From the NCBI GenBank assembly GCA_046314355.1, contig JBKBWQ010000001.1, positions 128,001 through 192,000 on the forward strand: a stretch of 64,000 nucleotides of DNA, in the 5' to 3' direction. The translations under genes were made by a program, and so were the position numbers. Every line of letters starts with the position of its first letter. Within the stretch, counting starts at the first letter, position 1. This document shows positions 51,624 through 59,888 of this stretch, piece after piece. This stretch comes from Candidatus Altimarinota bacterium. GTDB taxonomy: Bacteria; Patescibacteriota; Gracilibacteria; 1-14-2-50-48-13. The notes under the pieces are model-generated. The model was not told where the DNA came from and searched no databases. It saw only the letters and a program-made list of their open reading frames with translations.

Positions 51624-52142
51624 CTATGGAATTTTTCTTGGTTTTCTCACTATTGATTTGAGCTCCCGCATTATAGCAAGTGCGTCTTGCCTTTCCTTAA
51701 GCTGAACCAAATAATCTTTCTCCAGAACTGTATCCTGTTCACTGAGTACTTCCACCCATACCCGCATTTCAATAGGAGTACGTGACGGGAGTTTACTTCG
51801 TTTCTTTTCTACTTTTTTAGGAGATTTTTTAGAAATCTTTTTATTCACAACAGTAGCTTTTTTTCTCACTTTTGTTGCAGGCTGTTTTTTTTCTACAGCT
51901 TTTTTTACCTTTGATGCTTTTTTCGTCACTTTCTTTGCTGCGGATTTAATAATTTTACTTCTGCCTGCAGTAGATTTTTTTAGTGGAACTTTCTTTGATT
52001 TTACTGTCTTTATAGAGGATTTCTCTAAAGATTTTTTAGTTTTTAGCTTACGGGAATTTGCCTTCTTTTTTAAAGAAGCATCTTTTACAGAAACTGCCGG
52101 GAATAATGTAAGCTGAGGTATAGTGGCTTTCTTCTTAGTCAT
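51624..52142 (-). CDS. Lys-rich histone H1-like protein
   Basis: Long K/A/S/V low-complexity region plus a short folded C-terminus. Confidence 0.6.
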   Translation of the reverse strand: MTKKKATIPQLTLFPAVSVKDASLKKKANSRKLKTKKSLEKSSIKTVKSKKVPLKKSTAGRSKIIKSAAKKVTKKASKVKKAVEKKQPATKVRKKATVVNKKISKKSPKKVEKKRSKLPSRTPIEMRVWVEVLSEQDTVLEKDYLVQLKERQDALAIMRELKSIVRKPRKIP

Positions 52143-52207
52143 AGTATCAATACCATAAAATCACCGATACGCTAACATGCAGCTAGTAATAAGTCAACGA
52201 TCTGCAT

Positions 52208-52238
52208 AAAAAGAGCTCTAGAAAGTTCTAGAGCTCTT
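52208..52238 (-). terminator. Intrinsic terminator of putative ncRNA
   Basis: Minus-strand AAGAGCTCTAGA-ACTT-TCTAGAGCTCTT followed by T-tract. Confidence 0.8.
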
Positions 52239-52239
52239 C

Positions 52240-52463
52240 GTAGAAATATCTTTGTTCACTAGTGGCTAAGAATAGTGCCGTTAAAGAGGGAAAACACGTA
52301 TATGCAATACAAAACCCTCCTAAGGAATATCTATTTCCGAAAACAAAAAAACGAAAATAGTTACAACATGAGATGTATAATCCTTATATCTCTACTCTAG
52401 TACTCTCTGATTAAATAGTAAGTACTAAAGGAACAATGTGAGTGATAAAGGATTAATTTCTAC
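52240..52463 (-). ncRNA. Putative structured non-coding RNA (~224 nt), family unrecognised
   Basis: Promoter and terminator bracket an ORF-free segment whose 5' and 3' ends pair and that holds 4-5 internal hairpins. Confidence 0.65.
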
Positions 52464-52469
52464 ATTGTT

Positions 52470-52498
52470 ATTTTACAATATAATTGTAGTTACGTCAA
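52470..52498 (-). promoter_or_regulatory. Near-consensus sigma70-type promoter of putative ncRNA
   Basis: TTGACG-17bp-TAAAAT; predicted +1 G at 52463. Confidence 0.7.
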
Positions 52499-52502
52499 AT
52501 AT

Positions 52503-52615
52503 GTAATTAAGTTATTGGTAATTAAGTAATTGAGGCTCATAATTCGGCTGCAATCATTGAGCTCAATTACTTAATTATTGAGCCCAATTATGTGAGCCCC
52601 AATGACTCGAGCCCC
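52503..52615. repeat. Palindromic ~13-bp unit array, copy 2
   Basis: Shares attgagctcaattact(t/g)aattattgagcccaattat with copy 1. Confidence 0.8.
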
Positions 52616-54742
52616 TTACTTCGTCTTCATCTCGTGCACCCCATCCCAATCTTTCTCGGGTGGATTCTTTATATATTCTTCGATGCGGGATTTATATAGT
52701 TTTAAGACAGAATCATTAGGATGTATTTTTATCAGCCGAGCCAAATGCTTCTTTGCTTCAACAAATTCTTTTGCTAGATAAAGTTCATATACTTTCTCAA
52801 AATCTTGTATGTACTTAAGTAGGGGTGTGTCAGCAAGAGATCTCTCTTCAATGAGTTCATATATTTGAATTGGCTGATTTTTTCCTTTTACTTTAATACG
52901 GTCAAGTATTCTAAATACAAATTCTTTTTCTGAGAGAATCTTTGTATTTTCACTGACGCATATTTCTGTACCATATACTTTATTTACTCCTTCCAGCCTT
53001 GAGGCTAGATTTACCGTATCTCCGATCACTGTATAATCAAAACGTTTCTTAGAGCCTATATTACCTACTACCATGTCTCCAGAAGCGATACCAGTACGAA
53101 TACCAACTCCTGCAAAGGTGTTCATAGTCTCTTCATCGGTTACAAGCTTGTTCATTTCCTTATGCATAGACAGAGCGCTTCGGCAGGAGAGTACTGCATG
53201 TTCTTTGAGATCAATTGGTGCCCCCCAAAATGCCATAATGGCATCTCCAATATACTTATCAAGTGTGCCTTCATATTTTAGAATGATGGAGGTCATCCGC
53301 TCAAGGTAGACATGTAAAAAGTCTACTACTTCTTCAGGAGTACGTGTTTCCGAGATCGTAGTGAAGCCTGCAATATCAGTAAATGAGACTGACATATGTT
53401 TCTTCTCTCCACCCAGTGATATCATGGAGGGATGGTCAATAATCTTCCGTACTACTTTATCTGAGACATAGTGAGAGAAGGCAGCGGTTATCTTGTTCTT
53501 AGTACGTTCTTCACGAATATATTTATAAATAATTACGGTTATAAATGTAAGAAGCAGAGCAAGAGGAGGGAACAGGGTATTAAGAACAATCTGTAGTTCA
53601 TTAAAAAACCATAAAGCAGCTACAATATATCCAGCCATAAGCAGCACCATACATATTCCGCTTACCCACGGACGCATACGGTAGAAGAGGAGAGATGCAA
53701 AAATACTGAGTAACAGCAGAATAAAAAATTCTATATATATCGGCACAGACTGAAGTCCTTTATTTGTAAGCATAGTCTCAATTGCATTTGCATGGAGCTC
53801 TACACCGGGCATTAATGTTCCAAAGGATACAGGAGCTGAGACTTCATCGTGAAGTCCAGCATTCATTTCTCCAATAAGAACAATTTTATTTTTAAAGAGT
53901 TCTGGGGAGAAGTCATTATTGTAAACTTTTACGAAAGATACAGAAGGTATACTATTTGCAGGTCCAAAGAAGTTTGTATAAAGATATTCAGTTTCCATGG
54001 GAATAATAATTGGACCATAATTCTTTCCAGTATCGGGGTTTTTTATTTTATCCTTGAGTATAACTAGTGATTTTTCAACTGCAGTTATCTCTGAAGAAGA
54101 GAGATCAAAAAATCTTCTAATGATTTCAAGAGAAAAACTGTTCTTGATGAGATCTGAATTTACTTTAAGTGGTATGTTTCTAACTGTTGCATCTGTATCA
54201 AGCGGCACATAGACGCTTCCTAGACTCATTGAAGTGCTTTTAGAATCATAGATGGTATTTACAGGTATAAGAGCAGGAGTGCCTTCCTTGGCGGCAAGTA
54301 CGATGTCTGGGTGCAGTGCGATTTTTTTTCCAAGCTCCTTATCGTCATTTGCTAATATTTCTTTTAATTTTTCTTCGTTCTCATCGCCCTCAAATACTCC
54401 TGTAAAAGCCTCATTTGCAGGTTCAGTAAAAAGCACATCTATTCCTATCACTTTTGCACCAGCGTTCTGAAGGTTTTGTACCACTTGAGCAAAATAAGTC
54501 CTTCTCCAGTTTTGCCACCGGCCTAGACCTCCTTCTGACTGCGCTTTTAGACTTTCCTCATCTATTTTTACCACCACTACATCTCCTGTATGATAACTGG
54601 TCTGATAGGAGTAGAGAAAATTACTGATCTTTAAATGCCATGAAGTAAAACCTCCAGCAAGTTCTACAGCAAAAAGAAAAATGCTGATTAAAAGAGCAAT
54701 GAAAGATATTTGGAAGATACGTGATTTTGAAGAGGCTTTCAT
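52616..54742 (-). CDS. CHASE2-domain adenylate/guanylate cyclase (class III)
   Basis: VVVVKIDEESL..W..WRR, PGVELHANAI, 3 TM, FTDIAGFTTISE, DKYIGDAIMA, GDTVNLASRLEG. Confidence 0.93.
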   Translation of the reverse strand: MKASSKSRIFQISFIALLISIFLFAVELAGGFTSWHLKISNFLYSYQTSYHTGDVVVVKIDEESLKAQSEGGLGRWQNWRRTYFAQVVQNLQNAGAKVIGIDVLFTEPANEAFTGVFEGDENEEKLKEILANDDKELGKKIALHPDIVLAAKEGTPALIPVNTIYDSKSTSMSLGSVYVPLDTDATVRNIPLKVNSDLIKNSFSLEIIRRFFDLSSSEITAVEKSLVILKDKIKNPDTGKNYGPIIIPMETEYLYTNFFGPANSIPSVSFVKVYNNDFSPELFKNKIVLIGEMNAGLHDEVSAPVSFGTLMPGVELHANAIETMLTNKGLQSVPIYIEFFILLLLSIFASLLFYRMRPWVSGICMVLLMAGYIVAALWFFNELQIVLNTLFPPLALLLTFITVIIYKYIREERTKNKITAAFSHYVSDKVVRKIIDHPSMISLGGEKKHMSVSFTDIAGFTTISETRTPEEVVDFLHVYLERMTSIILKYEGTLDKYIGDAIMAFWGAPIDLKEHAVLSCRSALSMHKEMNKLVTDEETMNTFAGVGIRTGIASGDMVVGNIGSKKRFDYTVIGDTVNLASRLEGVNKVYGTEICVSENTKILSEKEFVFRILDRIKVKGKNQPIQIYELIEERSLADTPLLKYIQDFEKVYELYLAKEFVEAKKHLARLIKIHPNDSVLKLYKSRIEEYIKNPPEKDWDGVHEMKTK

Positions 54743-54836
54743 GGAGAGATATTATATATGGAAAAATACTATTCCATATGTTGAATAATCATTTCCACCA
54801 CTATACGTATTTTACAAGAATTTGAAACATCTTGTC

Positions 54837-55787
54837 TCAAGAATTGATAACCAATGCTTTTTCAAATCCAAGATCTTGAAGTATTTCCTGAAAAACTGCA
54901 GGCAGGGGAGCGATGATTTGCTCTGTGCTACCAGTACTTTGAGTCTTAAACTGGAGTTTCCATGCATGTAGGAACTGCCCTTGAAGCAGCTTAGAATAGG
55001 GACTCTTTCTTTGAGCATACGTATCGTCACCCACAAGCGGAAATCCAATATTTGCAAAATGAACACGAATCTGATGAGTTCTTCCGGTATGAAGAATAAT
55101 TCTCAGTAACGTAAAATCCTTAGTTGAAGCAAGTACGTGGAATTCTGTGCTTGCAGGCTTACCATTTGCAACGACTGCCATTTTCTTCCGATCACGTGGA
55201 GAACGCCCTATTGGTGCATCAATAAAACCATGAGATTGCGTCATTGCACCATACACTAGTGCTATATACTCTTTCTGAACAGTTCTCTCTTTGAATTGAG
55301 CACTATAGTAGTTGACAGCCTGATCATTTTTAGCAGTAAGGAGCACCCCGCTGGTCCATTTATCAAGTCTATGGACGATTCCTGGTCGTGCCGTATCTTT
55401 AATAGAAAATTCTGTGTCAGGTAGCCCTAGAAGTGCATGGGCAACACTCAGAGTGCGTGAATGCATGTCATCTCCAGGATGTACAGTAAGTCCTAGAGGC
55501 TTATTGATGACTAAGGTGTCTTTATCCTGATAAAGAATATCCAGAGCAATATCTGTCCTTCCTTCAATATGCCATGGTGTATCTTCTATATTATGTGAGA
55601 TAGAAATTTCGTCTCCTTTTCGAAGTTCAGTGCTCACTTTTTTGATAACTATATTATTTATCAAAAGAGAACTACTTTCAATAATATGCTGAAAAAAAGA
55701 ACGCGACCTCTCAGGATACAATTTTGAGAGGTACGCGTCTATTCTTCTTTGAGGCTTAATGATACATATCTGCAGATGAAACCGCAT
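54837..55787 (-). CDS. RluA/RluD family pseudouridine synthase
   Basis: S4-like RIDAYL, INKPLGLTVHP, HRLDKWTSG, TGRTHQIRVH. Confidence 0.93.
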   Translation of the reverse strand: MRFHLQICIIKPQRRIDAYLSKLYPERSRSFFQHIIESSSLLINNIVIKKVSTELRKGDEISISHNIEDTPWHIEGRTDIALDILYQDKDTLVINKPLGLTVHPGDDMHSRTLSVAHALLGLPDTEFSIKDTARPGIVHRLDKWTSGVLLTAKNDQAVNYYSAQFKERTVQKEYIALVYGAMTQSHGFIDAPIGRSPRDRKKMAVVANGKPASTEFHVLASTKDFTLLRIILHTGRTHQIRVHFANIGFPLVGDDTYAQRKSPYSKLLQGQFLHAWKLQFKTQSTGSTEQIIAPLPAVFQEILQDLGFEKALVINS

Positions 55788-56296
55788 TATAATCCGAGTT
55801 TACGTTTGATATCATCCACTTCACTTTGAGTCTGGTTCTGAGCCTGAGCCTGTCTGCCCTCAAGTTCGAGCATTTGCCATTCTCTCGCGTTATCATTGAT
55901 AAGCTTTTGAACTTGTTCAGGATGTTTTTTCTGAAGTTCTTCAAATTTCTGTTTTTCTTCTTCTAAAATTTTTACAAGCTCATCAATCTGAAACTGTGAG
56001 AGTCCAGGGAGTTTTGTAAATAAGATATCTTTCTTTTCTGTAATACTAAGCGAGAGTGATCCTGCGAAGAGATAGAGAAAATATTTTTCGTCAAATATTG
56101 TAGTTGGATGTTCAGGAAGTTTTACAATAGTAGTAAACATCTGAAATGCACTAGTCTGTTTATATGCTGCCCCTCTTGGCTCTGGCGGAGGAGTTGCGTT
56201 CAAAAAATCTTCTAATTGAGCGTCATCTTGTTCAACTGCTACAGGATCTTGGGTAGACCCTCCTTGTGTTTGAGTCTGCTGACCATCGTCATTCAT
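55787..56296 (-). CDS. Hypothetical protein
   Basis: 169-aa ORF TAATG-coupled to the pseudouridine synthase. Confidence 0.7.
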   Translation of the reverse strand: MNDDGQQTQTQGGSTQDPVAVEQDDAQLEDFLNATPPPEPRGAAYKQTSAFQMFTTIVKLPEHPTTIFDEKYFLYLFAGSLSLSITEKKDILFTKLPGLSQFQIDELVKILEEEKQKFEELQKKHPEQVQKLINDNAREWQMLELEGRQAQAQNQTQSEVDDIKRKLGL

Positions 56297-56391
56297 ATCG
56301 GATAGTATAAAAATTTAACTTTGTCACAGAACAATTCTACGGGTATAATTAAAAAAAAGCAAGTAATCGGCTTAAAACTTATGTTTTTCAC

Positions 56392-57564
56392 ATGGAAGCT
56401 CTAGACAGAAACGAACAGCAAAAAAAAGCAGCGACATCTTTAGATATACATTCAACAGGAGATTTTTCTACTGCGGCCACTGTAGTTTTTTTGGTAGGTA
56501 ATTCTCTGAGAAGACTGCATGCTTTCTGGTCAATTATGAATATCTTGGATAGTTTGGATCATCCGTTTACAGGACTTACAGCGACCCTTAAGAAGGATGA
56601 ATTGGAATTTATGAAATCCCGGACACCACTAAAGAACGGCACCTGTGAGCATTATTCTCTTCATACCTTTCAAGAAGCTTATAAAAAGCATCAAATAGCA
56701 TCTACGAAGAAAGCTTTCATCATTATAGAGATGGATTTTAATCTTCTATCTAATATCTCTTTCCCTCAGCATGAGGTCCAGACTCTACTTCTTACGGACT
56801 TTACATTTAGTGATCCTGATACTCCTGCATTTTTGGAGGAGAGAATCATTTCACAGATGAGAAGATCGTCATTACTTCAGACAATAGTATACAATTATGA
56901 TATTGGACAGTTTGAAAGCCAGACTCAGAGTTCATTTCATTTGCGTCTTGATGATATTCCTATTAGAACTCATTATAGTTTCGGTAAAACCACAGACAGC
57001 CTGATGCAGTTTTCAGAAAAAGGAAATACCCTGCTGACTGCCATGCCGAATCTTCAGCTTACTCTTCCTTTTGATCCCCATTCTACTGTGATGAGAAAAG
57101 AAGGGTACTTTGCAGCGGTTGGTCTTCTGCTTGCCGAGAGAGTTCTCAATCATGATGTATCGTTTCATTCTCAGCCTGCATCGCCATGGCTTGAAGAACA
57201 GATTTCTCCTAAGCTTACTGCGCTTTGGGCAAAGTATTCATCGAGACCTGAGGAAATCCAGTCTATTATTGAAAGATGTCCTCGTCTTTGTATGAGTTTG
57301 AGTGTGTATCTCAGGTTTGAACAGACTATAGAAAATTCCATCGCGGATATTGAAAGAGTAGTTGTGGTTGCCGAAGAAAAAAGTCAGGAGGCAGTATTTT
57401 CTGAATACTTTGTACAAAAGGAAAAAGATTCGTATCATACAATTGTATTTATCCCTGATGCGGCACAACTTCCTGATTTGTTATCAGCGGTTGCTGGTGA
57501 AGAAGAGTTCTATCTTTTGTTTGATGATCTCCGTACATACCAATATTTTTTCAAATCTGCATAA
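56392..57564 (+). CDS. Degenerate Mur-ligase-like protein (P-loop absent)
   Basis: VFLVGNSLRR, IIIEMD, LLTDFTFSDPD, KYSSRPEEI spaced like MurC motifs. Confidence 0.45.
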   Translation: MEALDRNEQQKKAATSLDIHSTGDFSTAATVVFLVGNSLRRLHAFWSIMNILDSLDHPFTGLTATLKKDELEFMKSRTPLKNGTCEHYSLHTFQEAYKKHQIASTKKAFIIIEMDFNLLSNISFPQHEVQTLLLTDFTFSDPDTPAFLEERIISQMRRSSLLQTIVYNYDIGQFESQTQSSFHLRLDDIPIRTHYSFGKTTDSLMQFSEKGNTLLTAMPNLQLTLPFDPHSTVMRKEGYFAAVGLLLAERVLNHDVSFHSQPASPWLEEQISPKLTALWAKYSSRPEEIQSIIERCPRLCMSLSVYLRFEQTIENSIADIERVVVVAEEKSQEAVFSEYFVQKEKDSYHTIVFIPDAAQLPDLLSAVAGEEEFYLLFDDLRTYQYFFKSA

Positions 57565-57613
57565 GTGTGATATAATAAGTACAAATCTTTCTTACCTTTC
57601 TCATTTCACTTGT

Positions 57614-58402
57614 ATGAAACAGTCTCTCTCTCTTTCCGGAGTTATTCTGTCAGTGGTGCTCTTAGCTAGCTGTGGCAACTCTCAGCTTGATGCGTCTCTT
57701 ACTGCACAATCAGCTTCTGGTACGGCTTTAGCTGCGGCTAAAACAGAACCTACCGAAGCTCGTCTTACTGTGCCTGAATCAAAAATAAAGTTTAATAATC
57801 TATTCTACGGAGAGCCTCTCCGAATGGAAACTGAAAAAACTAAATGTAGAAATAATACTACAGACGCAGTCTGTAAGCAGGGATTTAAGCTATATCATAT
57901 TGGTAATGTAGGAGATGCTCATTTGCCTCTTCTTCAGATTTTGATTGTAGATCCATCAACGATTAAAGATACTGCGCTTAAAGCTTACGCAGATACTCTT
58001 GTTGCAAATATCGACGGAGGACAGAAGTCGCTTAGTGCTTCGGATGATCTTTTTGGAAAATTCAACAATGAAAAGACACTTGCTGTACTTAAAGGTACAC
58101 AGGGTGAGAAGAATGGTAATAAATACTATAGCTTTTATACTGTAAATGAGAAAAATAAGACACAGTCTCTTTACTATACTACTGCAAAGAAACTTGGAAA
58201 TGAACTCGTGATGCTTAAGCTCAATGCAGGTGTAAACCAGGAAACAAAGAAGGAATCATTTAATGCATATAAAGATTGTGGTGCAACATGTACTGCAGAA
58301 CAGAAAGCAGCATCTTACATCGAAAAGAAAGAAGGTTTCGCTACATACAAGACGCTACTTGATAAAGTAAACACGATGCTTGTATCTTTTGAAACAAAGT
58401 AA
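57614..58402 (+). CDS. Lipoprotein
   Basis: MKQSLSLSGVILSVVLLASC lipobox; ATG at 57614. Confidence 0.75.
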   Translation: MKQSLSLSGVILSVVLLASCGNSQLDASLTAQSASGTALAAAKTEPTEARLTVPESKIKFNNLFYGEPLRMETEKTKCRNNTTDAVCKQGFKLYHIGNVGDAHLPLLQILIVDPSTIKDTALKAYADTLVANIDGGQKSLSASDDLFGKFNNEKTLAVLKGTQGEKNGNKYYSFYTVNEKNKTQSLYYTTAKKLGNELVMLKLNAGVNQETKKESFNAYKDCGATCTAEQKAASYIEKKEGFATYKTLLDKVNTMLVSFETK

Positions 58403-58416
58403 CCCTGAGAATATCC

Positions 58417-58986
58417 ATGAGTCAGATGAAAACAGCGGCGCTATTTATAGACGCAGAAAACCTTTACTTTATACAGAAAGGATTGGGATGGGAGGTTGAT
58501 CTTCCAAAGGTATACGAATTTTTCGAAGAAAGATACAATATATACAATGCATTTTACTACACAGTAGTTGATCCTTCCAGTGAAGGATATATTGAAAAGA
58601 ATCAGTTTCTTGATACGTTGAGCCCAGTGGGCTACACGATCAGGAAGAAGATCATAAAGATCATCAAAGCAGGAGACAAGATCATCAAAAAAGGTAATTT
58701 GGATATAGAGATGGTCCTCGATATGTTTAATACCAAGGATCTCTATCAGGTCATTATACTATTTTCAGGTGATAGCGACTTCGAGCGAGCTTTAGAGCTT
58801 CTACGCACACATGGGAAGGAAATCATAGTAATCTCTTCGAGAGGATATGTATCAAAGGAACTCATGAATGCTCCTGATAAATACTACGATCTCCAGGATT
58901 TAAAAGAATACTTCAAGAAAGAGGGAACTGACAAAGCAAAAAAAGTGAATCTTGGAAAAAGAATTGGAGTGAAGAGGAGTAATTAG
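58417..58986 (+). CDS. NYN domain (LabA/DUF88) protein
   Basis: FIDAENL, KGNLDIEMVLD, SGDSDF. Confidence 0.92.
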   Translation: MSQMKTAALFIDAENLYFIQKGLGWEVDLPKVYEFFEERYNIYNAFYYTVVDPSSEGYIEKNQFLDTLSPVGYTIRKKIIKIIKAGDKIIKKGNLDIEMVLDMFNTKDLYQVIILFSGDSDFERALELLRTHGKEIIVISSRGYVSKELMNAPDKYYDLQDLKEYFKKEGTDKAKKVNLGKRIGVKRSN

Positions 58987-59125
58987 GCTCAAGTAATTGG
59001 ACGCACATCATTGGGGCTCAATAATTAAATAATTGGGCTCTATTTTTGTATGTATAATTATTTGCGTCTTATGATTGAATGATTGCAGCCCAATAATACG
59101 CGCCCTAATTATCGAGCCCAATTAC
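58981..59125. repeat. Palindromic ~13-bp unit array, copy 3
   Basis: tcattggggctcaataattaaataattgggctc ... gcccaataat..gccctaattatcgagcccaattac; first unit overlaps the NYN stop codon. Confidence 0.75.
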
Positions 59126-59199
59126 TTTGCTTCTTTCTTCCTTCACTTGACAAAACATTTTTTTACATTATTATTTCCTCGATTTCAAAATCAGAAAGG

Positions 59200-59235
59200 A
59201 GAAGCTTGGTGGGACAATATCAAGCTTCTTTTTTT
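59200..59235 (+). terminator. Intrinsic terminator
   Basis: agaagcttggt-gggacaat-atcaagcttct followed by T-tract. Confidence 0.75.
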
Positions 59236-59327
59236 ATATTTTACCTGTTCGTCAAGGGTACAGAATATCAAAAAAGATGGAGGTGAGGTATAATAGTATG
59301 AATACATTTATTCATAGCTGATAGAAC

Positions 59328-59879
59328 ATGATCCGAGATCCGGAATTACCTCCCGAAGAGGCATTAAAGCTGAGCAAACCAAATATTATACTGCCTTCCC
59401 GGGAGGGGCAGGTGATACGTTATGCTTGGGATTCTCCTGTTTCTATTGATCATCAAAGAGATAAAAACTGGTATATAATAATGAGCATACTCACTGCTTT
59501 GTTAGTTGTATATGGTATCTTTACAGGTTCAGTCTTGATGGCTATTACGGTCGTGACCTTTGCAGCTGTCTATAGATATGTACATACCAATGAAAAATAT
59601 ACAGGCAGTATTAGAGTAGTCCTTACTGAAAGAGGTATTATTTATGGCAGCCATTTCTATGATTATGCTGAAATATCAAAATTCTCTTTTATATATGGAG
59701 ATGCATTTTTGATGCTGGAGCTTGCTCTGACAAAAAAATATTCTTCAAATCCAACCATATATTTGACTGGTGCAGAGGATATGGAAGAGATCAGACGTAT
59801 CTTAAGCGAGAAATCAGAAGAGGTAACAGGAATTCATGAGAGTATAACCCACCGCATTTTTAGGATCTTGAAGCTATAA
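59328..59879 (+). CDS. Conserved-looking 2-TM membrane protein with PH-like C-terminus
   Basis: W..P...HQRDKNWY, 2 TM, LTERGIIYG..YDYAEI. Confidence 0.7.
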   Translation: MIRDPELPPEEALKLSKPNIILPSREGQVIRYAWDSPVSIDHQRDKNWYIIMSILTALLVVYGIFTGSVLMAITVVTFAAVYRYVHTNEKYTGSIRVVLTERGIIYGSHFYDYAEISKFSFIYGDAFLMLELALTKKYSSNPTIYLTGAEDMEEIRRILSEKSEEVTGIHESITHRIFRILKL

Positions 59880-59888
59880 ACAAAAACT

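Noticed and set aside
59075-59293. Short ORFs 59075-59293 and 59083-59286
   Set aside because: They run across a repeat array, promoter and terminator and have no motifs; likely spurious
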